In this document: positions 1 through 9,170 of the stretch, piece after piece | Layout of the letters: each line of letters opens with the position of its first letter | How positions within the stretch are numbered: the first letter of the stretch is position 1 | DNA from: Octopus sinensis | Lineage: Eukaryota | Assembly: GCF_006345805.1 (NCBI RefSeq) | Contig: NW_021826780.1 | Coordinates: 1-11,940, forward strand | Length of the DNA: 11,940 nt | Direction of reading: 5' to 3' | Program-made: the position numbers and the translations under genes | Notes under the pieces: generated by a model | Databases searched by the model: none | The model's input: only the letters and a program-made list of their open reading frames with translations | Told to the model about the DNA's origin: nothing

Positions 1-324
1 ACATACATAAATACAAACATACATACATGTGTAATAAGGAGACGTACATCTTTTAGGTAAATGCAAATATATCAACAAACATCTACGTTTACGGATAAAC
101 AAACTCTCAAATCTCTGAAAATATTTTCATTCAAGCAAAGATACGTTGCATCATTGTAAACGGCTGAATTGAAAATTGCAAGGAAGCGCCGCACTAAATC
201 TTATGATGTAAATACACATGAAAGTAAAAAAAAAAAAGGCATTTTTTTCAAAATCTCAAGCCTCAGTGAGTCCTGAAAACTACAAAGCCATTATCATTAT
301 AAAATACCATTAGAAAGAAATCAA

Positions 325-522
325 CCACCACCATCACCACCATCACCACCGCCACCATCATCTTCGTCATCATCATCCACTGTTTTGCTTCTCTTCCCCC
401 TCCTCCTCCTATTCATCATCATCATCATCATCATAATCATCATCATCGTTATCGCCGTCGTCGTCATCATTCCTCATCATCATTGTCATCTTCATCGACA
501 CCACCACCACCATCATTATCAC

Positions 523-573
<51 letters not shown>

Positions 574-612
574 TACTAGCGTCATCTTCAACATCATCAG
601 CGTCATCTTCAT
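325..612. repeat. Compound (CAC)n/(CAT)n trinucleotide microsatellite
   Basis: Direct reading: CAC/CAT/CTT runs with a pure (CAT)n block at ~523-573. Source of the poly-His/Ile/Ser/Met/Asp ORFs. Confidence 0.95.
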
Positions 613-630
613 CCTTGATACAATGTTACA

Positions 631-636
631 ATAATG

Positions 637-678
<42 letters not shown>

Positions 679-690
679 TAATAATAATAA
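631..690. repeat. (AAT)n microsatellite, probably the 3' tail of the adjacent minus-strand SINE
   Basis: About 20 AAT units directly abutting the 3' end of the SINE at 691-897. Confidence 0.9.
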
Positions 691-897
691 TGGTTTCTGA
701 GTATGGCACATGACGAGCCCTTTAAATTAATAGGGGGCACGTGATTCGATGTGATCGATGTCCAGTAATTGACTTACTTTGTTTATCAAAGGCGAGTGAT
801 GAAAGACAAAGTTGGCTCCGGCAGGATTTGAACTTGGAATGTTACGTGTCAGAAGAAATAACACCAGGCATATATTTTGTGCAACATTCTAACGAAC
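691..897 (-). mobile_element. tRNA-derived SINE, family B (diverged copy)
   Basis: Reverse complement aligns to 2961-3130. For example gatgaaagacaaagttggctccggcaggatttgaac matches gttcaaatgccgccgaggtcgactttgcctttcat, and ctaacga matches tcgttag. Confidence 0.8.
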
Positions 898-1108
898 TGA
901 AATGTAAGAACATCTTGTATCTGCTATACACGCATATATTTTGAAGAAGATATACATCGATCTAATCGTACACAGTCGGCCGAAATGCTACGAAACCTTT
1001 GACAAAACAAGTCCCTCAAACCCTTGGGTGTCGTTGGGGCGCTGCAACCAAGCAGCGTATCTAGGGCGTGAAAGCCTGGTAGAGCCTGTCTCTTTCTAGG
1101 CTAAACGT

Positions 1109-1223
1109 ATTTCTACAGCTCAGGGAAATGAAGTGCTTTGCTCAAGAACACAATAGATCGCCTGTTCCATGGATCGAACCACCCGTTTACAGTCGTGAAT
1201 CCAACCACTAAGCGACGTACTCC
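1109..1223 (-). mobile_element. tRNA-derived SINE family C (CORE-like), 5' fragment with internal deletion
   Basis: Shares atttctacagct, gaaatgaa-tg-tttgctcaa, atcgaa and ccactaagc with 1232-1373. Reverse complement resembles 4719-4850. Confidence 0.7.
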
Positions 1224-1231
1224 CACCTCCC

Positions 1232-1373
1232 CTGGTGGTACTCATTTCTACAGCTGGGTGGACTGGAGTAACGTGAAATGAAATGTTTTGCTCAATAATA
1301 CATCGCAGTGCCCGGTGCAGAAATCGAAACCGCAATCTTACGATCGTGAGTCCAACACCCATACCACTAAGCC
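1232..1373 (-). mobile_element. tRNA-derived SINE family C (CORE-like), 5' portion
   Basis: Minus strand has A-box-like GGCTTAGTGGTA and B-box-like GGTTTCGATTTC. It continues into ...ttcacgttactccagtccacccagctgtagaaatgagtacc, homologous to 4810-4865. Confidence 0.8.
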
Positions 1374-1388
1374 TATCAACTGCACAAA

Positions 1389-1477
1389 CCTTGACTAGAT
1401 TTGAAATCAGAACATAAAGAGCCAGGACGAATACTGCGAACTATTATGTACGATATTCTAAACAATTCTTGCCAATC
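1389..1477 (-). mobile_element. SINE family B head fragment (diverged)
   Basis: gatttgaaatcagaacataaag...ctaaacaattcttgcca is the reverse complement of the tggcacaatcgttag...gttctgagttcaaat head at 2968-3040. Confidence 0.65.
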
Positions 1478-1990
1478 GGATATTACTCTTACAAAAATCC
1501 AATTTCATCAACATCATCATCAGCATCAGTTACCAACCATCACCGTAGAGGCACATACATATACACACACTTATACACACATACCCATACACGCCCACAT
1601 ACACACACAAGCAAAAGCACACACGTTTTTACATACACACCCACATCAAAACACGATTTTACAATAAAGAAATTCACAAATTTACACAAACAAAATATAC
1701 GATTTAAAAAAAAAATAAAAACGTAATCGTCTAACTGCCACGCTCTCCAAGATGTCATTACCACCCACGAAACCCTTAACAGCCCCTACTTTCACTACTA
1801 ACTAACTCTCGTCCTCCTTTACCATCCATCCTTAAACAATCACTATCTCTTTCCTCTCGAAAAATTTCCCAACATTATTTGAAAAATTTTAAATTAGAAT
1901 TTTCAAGGATTTTTCTCTGAAATTTTTCCGTTGTTTCTGTCAAGCAAACCGAATTACGTTGGATTTTCTATTGAATTAACATTTCTACAG

Positions 1991-2066
1991 AATTATGAAA
2001 ACCTTCTGAAGAACCGAAAATTGTTCCTAGATATCACAAGTAATTCAACAACAGAAAGTTCCCTAG
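1991..2066 (+). CDS. Candidate internal coding exon (NYENLLKNRKLFLDITSNSTTESSL+G), gene unidentified
   Basis: Acceptor ttaacatttctacag|AAT and donor CTAG|gtaatt. Length 76 nt. Only one of three frames is open (phase 0 in, phase 1 out). No protein family recognised. Confidence 0.45.
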
Positions 2067-2122
2067 GTAATTTAGAGCTATTTTTGTTTCCTTGTTGCTG
2101 TTACTTATACTAACAAAAACAT

Positions 2123-2420
2123 TTGTGTGTGTGTGTGTACGTTGTTAAGAGTATTTATTTGTTTATGTGTGTATGTTTGTGTGTGTGTGTGTGTTTGAAA
2201 CAGTGTTAGTTTGTTTCTGTGTGAGTGCGTGTGTTTGTTTGTGTGTGTATGTGTAAAGGTAATAGATAAGTGTGTTTCGTGGTTGCTGTTGCTTATATTT
2301 ATATAGAAGCAAAAACCCATACACATACACACATCTACATCTATGTGTGTATGCTTGTGTGAATGTGTGTGTGTGTGCGTATGTGCGCGCGCGCGTGTGT
2401 GTGTTTGTTTGTTTGTATGA
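2123..2420. repeat. Degenerate (TG)n / TTTG microsatellite region
   Basis: Direct reading. Confidence 0.9.
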
Positions 2421-2514
2421 TTTGATGAATACATCTATATATATCGGCAAAAGACAGATATTTTTGCTTTATGGTTGCAGTAGCGCACAAATGCCTTTTT
2501 ATACATTGTATACA

Positions 2515-2526
2515 TAAATACATACA

Positions 2527-2617
<91 letters not shown>

Positions 2618-2685
2618 GCATATACGTACACATGGCATATACTTTTCCATACACACACGCATACACATACGGACACATACACACA
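2515..2685. repeat. (CA)n (pure 2535-2600) followed by (TA)n and degenerate CA
   Basis: Direct reading: 33 perfect CA units, then TA repeats. Confidence 0.95.
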
Positions 2686-2960
2686 TATAAACTTTATTTC
2701 ATTATTTTGCTGCTTAATATATATTGGGGTTACGTGAGCATGTATGAGTTTTGGTGTCAGAGTGTGTATATAGATATATCTATCAACGAAAGTATCTATG
2801 TATATACACCAAAAGCATATCGATTTGACACTGACGCACATAGTAATATACAATTAAAAACCAGGATAAATTAGTTGCAAAGTTTGACATAATACGGCCT
2901 AAAACACGTGATGTATATCTATATCCATCTATTCAACTATCGATCTACCAATATACATAT

Positions 2961-3360
2961 TGCGAGATGGCACAATCGTTAGCACGCCGGGCGAATTGCT
3001 TAGCGTTATTTGGTCTGCCGCTACGTTCTGAGTTCAAATGCCGCCGAGGTCGACTTTGCCTTTCATTCTTTCGGTGTCGATTAGATAAGTACTAGTTACG
3101 CACTGGAGTCGATGTAATCGACTTAATACATATGTCTGTCCTTGTTTGTCCTCTCTATATTTAGCCCCTTGTGGGTAATAAAGAAATAGGTATTTCGTCT
3201 GCCGCTACGTTCTGAGTTCAAATGCAACCGAGATTGACTTTGCCTTTCATCCTTTCGGGGTCGATTAAATAAGTACTAGTTACGCACTGGAGTCGATGTA
3301 ATCGACTTAATCTCTTTGCCTGTACTTGTTTGTCCGTTCTATGTTTAACCCTCTGTGGGT
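2961..3360 (+). mobile_element. tRNA-derived SINE family B with a 184-bp tandem duplication of its body
   Basis: A-box-like TGGCACAATCGTTAG at 2968-2982 and B-box-like GTTCAAATGCC at 3032-3042. Units 3007-3190 and 3191-~3360 share identical 29-bp and 43-bp blocks at offset 184. Confidence 0.9.
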
Positions 3361-3484
3361 GTCAATGGCTCTCACCACAACAAATACACTCGTGTCCGTT
3401 CGTCTATACCCCAGCACCTCATGCTTCTTCTGTCGCCAAATTGAACAGCATTGTTGAAACGTGAGGAAATTATGATGATATTTG

Positions 3485-3530
3485 TGCGACGGCTGATGAA
3501 AGATAAAACCTCTAAACGTTTCTTGTCACA
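3485..3530 (+). ncRNA. Degenerate minimal type I hammerhead ribozyme-like motif (PLE type), probably inactive
   Basis: Stem I TGCGACGG/TTGTCACA (7 of 8 paired, two G-U). Intact CTGATGA at 3493-3499. TAAA instead of GAAA at 3513-3516. Palindromic AAACGTTT helix III, then TC cleavage site at 3521-3522. Stem II is poorly paired. Confidence 0.55.
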
Positions 3531-4104
3531 GACTTTTATCGTTCTTCCGTAAATTTTTTTATTGCCCTTTTGCGACGCCTTATAGATTTATTATTTATTG
3601 TAAAGCTACGCACACATATTTTGCTTTAGTGTCGGCTATTCCCTTATTATGTAACCACTTCATCATCCTTCAATTTGATTTTCGAACCATCCCACTTCCT
3701 GTTGCGTTCTCTATCTACCCAACCTTCTTTTATTCGCTCCCCCTACATATCTATTCATCATTTTCTTTACCTGCCAACTTTTTAAACATTCTCTCTAAAT
3801 ACTTCTTTCACTTTCTCTATCAATCTATTTTTCTATCGTCTTCTTTACCTACTTTTCTTTCGTGGTTTGCATACCCCAATCCTTCTCTAGTCGTAACCTT
3901 TTATGTTTAGAACTGACCGTTGAACTAAGCAGACGTTTCTTTACAAATCTCGGGGTTTGTTTAACTTTATAATATTTCCTCACGACAGAAAAGCAGACCA
4001 GCTTTAAAGGTGATATGGTGTATAGCCTATTTGCATTTGTTTCACTTCTTCCTATAATTGTCTCTGCTCTCCCGGGCAGACTACTTTTGCTACTTTTTAG
4101 ATAT

Positions 4105-4255
4105 ATGTATGTAGGCATGCATGCTTACATATATGTATATGTATGTGTGTGTGTGTATAAATATATATAATAATATATATATAACTATGTATATATATAT
4201 ATGCACAAAAATAAGTAATATATGTCTATATATATATACATATAATTGCATATAT
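4105..4255. repeat. (TA)n/(TG)n/(TATG)n low-complexity tract
   Basis: Direct reading. Confidence 0.9.
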
Positions 4256-4271
4256 TCTCTTATTGTTTTTA

Positions 4272-4632
4272 TTCTTTTGTGTTAGGCATTTGACTGCGGC
4301 CATGCTAGACCGTCGCCTTGAAATATTCTAGTCGAACAAATCTACCCCAGAAAGTATTTTTTTTTTTTTGAGTCTAGTACTTATTCTATAGATATCTGTT
4401 GCCGAACAGCTAAGTTACAAGGTCATATTCACACAAACGCCAGTTATCAAGCGGTGATGGTGGGTACAGACGCAGACAAAAAGACACACACAGATATATA
4501 TACATACATACACGACTCACAAGACTTTGGTCGGTCCGGGAAAGCACTGGCCCAAGATGGCACGCAGTATGGCTGTACCTGGACCATGTATTTGGGAAGC
4601 AAGCTTCTCACCACACAGTCACACCAGCATCT
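4272..4632 (-). mobile_element. tRNA-derived SINE family A, diverged, with internal deletions
   Basis: Shares catttgactgcggccatgct, agtacttattctat, gccgaac-gctaagt, ctttggtcgg and ccacacag with the 8721-9104 copy. It lacks the ggcttctttcagtttccgtctacc segment. Confidence 0.85.
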
Positions 4633-4718
4633 ATATATATGCATACAGGCATACACACGTATATACGTGTGTGTGTGTGTATATATATAGAGAGAGAGAT
4701 CGATAAATAGATATCGTG

Positions 4719-5042
4719 TGAAGATGCGTGGCTAAGTGGTTAAAGCATCCGGCTCACGATTGTAAGGTGGGGCGTTCAATTCCCGACGTTGCTTTGTGTC
4801 CTTGGGCAAGACACTTTATTTCACGTTGCTCCAATCCAATCAGTTGACAACAATGTGTAGTACCTGTATTTCAAAGTGCCGGCCTTGTCACACTTTGTGT
4901 CACGCTGAATCTCAATGAGAACTACGTAAAGGGTACACGTGTCTGGGAAGGTCTCAGCCACTTGCAACTTAATTTCGCGAACATGCTGTTCAGTTGATCG
5001 TATCAGCTGAGACCCTCGACGTCGTTACCGACGGAGAGATCC
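4719..5042 (+). mobile_element. tRNA-derived SINE family C (CORE-like), near full length
   Basis: A-box TGGCTAAGTGGTTAA at 4729-4743 and B-box-like GTTCAATTCCC. It carries TGTGTCCTTGGGCAAGACACTT, similar to the start of the MIR/CORE-type region. The 3' end matches 9966-10066. Confidence 0.85.
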
Positions 5043-5347
5043 TCTAAATATATGTATATTTAGAGAGACTTAGTAATTTTAATATTACTATAATATATAT
5101 ATATATATATATTATATAAAACTTATGAACGTATTTTTTTAGAAATTTCTCTCGGCCTTACTTCGAGACGCGTGTTAATAGTGATAAATTATATGGCTAT
5201 TGACAATTTGTCCATTTTTGGCATATTTTGGCATTATAATTTTTTTCTTTTGCCCTTGTTTATAAGTTGCTTATAAATTTAACCTTCATAGGTATTTTTT
5301 AATATGCTGGCCATTGATAAATTTCTTTTCGAAAAATGTTATCCTAT

Positions 5348-5408
5348 TTTAGATGCATGTATATATATGTATGTATGTATGTATGTATATATGTCTCTCT
5401 CTCTCTCT

Positions 5409-5475
<67 letters not shown>
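5348..5475. repeat. Compound (TATG)n-(CT)n-(TA)n microsatellite
   Basis: Direct reading. Confidence 0.95.
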
Positions 5476-6144
5476 GGATGGATTACGTATGCTTGTATAC
5501 ACTTACAAATAATGAATGAGGTTTAACGCTAGCTGCGAAAGAAATTATATATTTGAGCTGAAATATTATATGTTACCCATGCACAGCAGTTTCTCCCTAT
5601 AGAAAACACTTTTTTAAATAATTTATTTAATGCTAAAATTCTTTAACAGATGTTTTTACATCGACCCCGCTCAGATGACAAACGTAAAAAATTTGTAAAA
5701 CTTAATTTTTTTGAATAAATTGATAGGTATTTCTACATGTGTGTTTGTTTATAACCATAAATATATTCGAAGCATGTTTGCATGTTCTTCAATGCTTTAA
5801 TTGCGTATTCATTCATTCCGCAGCTAAGCAGGAATAGTGCGCAGCTTGAACCCTGGAGTCATTTGAAATTCTAATCATCTCCCCTCCCCCCTATTCTGAC
5901 AAATACAAATCGTCAAGATAGCAGAGTTTACATTGCAATCTTTGTCATTACTATTCTATGTTAGAAACTGGTTCATTTTCCCCCAGTAGCTCCAAAATCT
6001 GTACAAAATTCCTTGTACACACTTGAAGGGCCACGGAGGTTCCTGCTTCTGTACAATGAGACATAGTTAAGAGAATAAGCACCTGACGTCTCCGCATGAA
6101 GTCACTTGACCATACACTCGAATATCAAACTCCCAAATGTGCTC

Positions 6145-6275
6145 TATTTTTTCTTTCTTTCACTCTGTTTCCCACTCTCCCTCTTTGTCTCCGCCTCTTT
6201 CTCTCCGTATCTTATTCTCTCTTTCTCTCATTTTCTCTCTGTTATTTTCTCTGTCTCTCTTTTTCTTATTCTTTG
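6145..6275. repeat. CT-rich polypyrimidine low-complexity tract
   Basis: Direct reading. Confidence 0.85.
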
Positions 6276-6400
6276 TGGTATTTCTAGTGTACTGCACTGA
6301 TTCTGGGGTCCACTAGAGCTAGTGTCAGCTCCTTCTCAGGTCGCCCCTCAAGAGTTTTAGTAGAGTAATCCGTGAGAGAACCGGGTCTCCTTGTAATATA

Positions 6401-6633
6401 CAGTAATCCCTCGCCATATCGCGGTTCACTTATCGCGGTTCAACTATCGCAGTTTATTATTTAAGCTTACGTCGATTCCTTCGTGGTGTTGTTTTCCATT
6501 CATAATAAAATGAATATATAAAAATTGTAAAAAAAAAGAATATATATAGTACAGTACAATTCCTACTTCACGGATTTTCACCTATCGCGTGAGATTTTGG
6601 AACGAAACACCCGCGATAGTCGAGCGAGTACTA
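6401..6633. mobile_element. MITE of Tc1/mariner (pogo/Tigger-like) type, 233 bp
   Basis: TA|CAGTAATCCCTCG...CGAGCGAGTACTA|TA. Imperfect ~24-bp TIRs containing ATCGCGG/CCGCGAT, TA flanks at 6399-6400 and 6634-6635, and internal TATCGCGGTTCA direct repeats. Confidence 0.8.
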
Positions 6634-6967
6634 TACGTAAAAATAATAACATCAACTTTTATAGAGCAACTAACTGAATATAGAAGGCTTCTCTCATTGA
6701 TATACGGTTTTACACACAAACACACACACACACATACAGACACACAATTATACTTATCATTTCAAATTCCTCCAGATAGGTTGAATCGAAAAGTAACACA
6801 TCCCCTAATAATTTCACTGGTAACAACCTCTGTTATTGGTACCGTTTATCACTCACGTGAAGACAATCTTTCCATTCACTCGATGAACAAACTCTTAAAA
6901 ATCCATTTCCATAGAAGTTCGGTTTTCTGGAATTTGTTTTACAGACGTTACTATTTATCTGTTGCAG

Positions 6968-7050
6968 AGCCACGCTTACCGCACCAACTTCGACCGCCTA
7001 AGAGGTCCTCCAAAGATCACAGGTGCAGTGTCTTTCCTCCAGGCTTGTAA
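6968..7050 (+). CDS. Candidate terminal coding exon (phase 1: EPRLPHQLRPPKRSSKDHRCSVFPPGL*)
   Basis: Acceptor ttactatttatctgttgcag|, locally GC-richer than its flanks. Frame is compatible with the phase-1 donor at 2066. Stop is followed immediately by AATAAA. A second frame (SHAYRTNFDRLRGPPKIT...) is also open, so the frame is uncertain. Confidence 0.3.
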
Positions 7051-7139
7051 TAATAAATGTCTAAAAACATATAATCAAATATGCGTGATTTCAAACAGAT
7101 TCTGATAAAATTCGATTTATGGTATCTCATGTCTTATCA

Positions 7140-7248
7140 TATCTATCTATCTTTTTCTCTCTCTCTCCCCCCCCTCTCTCTCTCTCTCTATCTCTATCTA
7201 TCTATCTATCTACTTATCTGTTTGTCTATCTGTTTGATTGTCTGCCTA

Positions 7249-7287
<39 letters not shown>

Positions 7288-7335
7288 GTAACTATCTATC
7301 TATCTACCTATCTCTTTGTCTATCTGATTGCCTGC

Positions 7336-7407
<72 letters not shown>

Positions 7408-7408
7408 A

Positions 7409-7444
<36 letters not shown>

Positions 7445-7450
7445 CATCTA

Positions 7451-7497
<47 letters not shown>

Positions 7498-7551
7498 GTC
7501 TATCTATCTATCTGTCTGTCTGTCTCTCTCTCTCTCTATCTATATCTATCC

Positions 7552-7632
<81 letters not shown>

Positions 7633-7825
7633 CCTACCTACCTACCTACCTAACTATCCATCTATCAAGCTGTTTGCCTGACAGTCTGTCGATCTGTCTA
7701 ATTATCTATTTATCTGTCTATTTATTTATCACTCTCTTTTTGTATGTGTGTATGTGTGTGCCTGTGTCTAAGTGTCTGTGTCTGTGTGCGTCTGTGTGTG
7801 TGTCTGTGTGTGTATGTATGTGCGC
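7140..7825. repeat. Large (TCTA)n tetranucleotide array with (CT)n, TCTG and CCTA variants, ending in (TG)n
   Basis: Direct reading. Source of the YLSI/IYLS ORFs. Confidence 0.97.
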
Positions 7826-8074
7826 TTCTACGTTGATCTTTCATAAGAGAATATTAAAATTGTGTGATATATGGCCAAGTTATGTTCTGTTGATGATATT
7901 TATTTAAGAAAAATCTAATATTGTAATTATCTTTCAGATGATGTCGACTAATTCTTAATTATTCATTTTATGTTTTACTTGTATGCGACCTTATTTTTAT
8001 ATGAATGTCTTTAACTCTATCAGTAAAAGATTTCGTACACTCCAAAGAAATAATTTATTACATTTATTACACCC

Positions 8075-8520
8075 TATACACACACGCTAACACATACACA
8101 ACAGAATACCAACATTACACACAAATACAACACAAGACGACACTCACGCACACACAACAGAACATAACGCACACGCACACACGCATATACACTCACTCAC
8201 ACACACAAACGCACACACATTACAGAACCAAAACACACACACACACAAACACAAACAGAATATAACATATCACACACACACAACACATCGCTCACACACA
8301 CACAACACAACACACCCATACACAACACAACACACACGATCACACACTCACACAAACATACATGCAACAGAACACAACACATCACACACATCACACACAG
8401 ACACAGCACAACACAACACTCACACACACAACATAATACAACACTCACACACACAACATACACACACACACATACTCACATACACACTAACACAAACACA
8501 CACACTCAAAGACACACACA
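8075..8520. repeat. Degenerate (CA)n/(CACAA)n tract
   Basis: Direct reading. Confidence 0.9.
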
Positions 8521-8720
8521 TGTACTCTCGCATAATTGCTATACTCGAATAGCAAACTTCCATTTGATTTTTCTTCTCACATCAGAATGATCATGTTATT
8601 GCGGTGATGTACTTACATAGCAAGTAACCTAATCTGTTATCGTTAGCTGAAACAAAAACGATTGCAGCGTAGAAGTGGCTTATAAGCCATTTAAAAAGGC
8701 ACAAAAACCGCTAGATTCAC

Positions 8721-9104
8721 TTACTCTTTTACTATTTTACTCTTTTACTTGTTTCAGTCATTTGACTGCGGCCATGCTGGAGCACCGCCTTTAATCGATC
8801 CCGGGACTTATTCTTTTGTACGCCCAGTACTTATTCTATCGGTCTCTTTTGCCGAACCGCTAAGTAACGGGGACGTAAACACACCAGCATTGGTTGTCAA
8901 GCAATGCTAGGGGGACAAACACAGACACACAAACACAGAAACGTATATATATATACGACGGGCTTCTTTCAGTTTCCGTCTACCAAATCCACTCACAAGG
9001 CTTTGGTCGGCCCGAGGCTATAGTAGAAGACACTTGCCCAAGGTGCCACGCAGTGGGACTGAACCCGAAACCATGTGGTTGGTAAACAAGCTACTTACCA
9101 CACA
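8721..9104 (-). mobile_element. tRNA-derived SINE family A, nearly full length, extreme 5' end missing
   Basis: Reverse complement aligns to 9556-9964 (about 87% over a hand-aligned 124-nt head segment). B-box-like GGTTCAGTCCC, central CA/TA microsatellite, (GTAAAAGA)n-type tail at 8721-8750. Confidence 0.92.
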
Positions 9105-9118
9105 ACATTTAAATTTAA

Positions 9119-9170
9119 TTTTTCCAAATATTTTCGTCGCTTGGAGACTTCGACCTCTTCACTGAAAAAA
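9119..9170 (-). ncRNA. Variant or degenerate minimal hammerhead-like fold
   Basis: Minus strand reads TTTTTTCA-GTGAAGA-G-GTCG(11 nt)CGAC-GAAA-ATAT-TT-GGAAAAA. Stem I has 6 bp, stem II 4 bp, GAAA is intact, the loop is palindromic. The core has G instead of C3 and one extra G. Confidence 0.45.

Noticed and set aside
385-713. Poly-His/Ile/Ser/Asn/Tyr/Met ORFs
   Set aside because: Translations of CAT/AAT microsatellites in all frames; no splice or codon evidence.
2005-2030. CTGAAGA-ACC-GAAA hammerhead-like core
   Set aside because: Only 3 nt lie between the core halves, so no stem II; it also lies within the candidate exon.
2105-2874. HT/VC-repeat ORFs
   Set aside because: Products of CA/TG dinucleotide repeats.
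2961-5042. tRNA genes at A/B-box motifs
   Set aside because: The boxes continue into SINE bodies and no complete cloverleaf is evident.
6288-6370. Candidate exon CTALILGSTRASVSSFSG after the CT tract
   Set aside because: Weak donor (gtcgcc), and a stop in the frame required by the upstream phase-1 exon.
7081-7907. 190-262 aa YLSI/IYLS ORFs
   Set aside because: The TCTA array has no stop codons in these frames; not protein-like.
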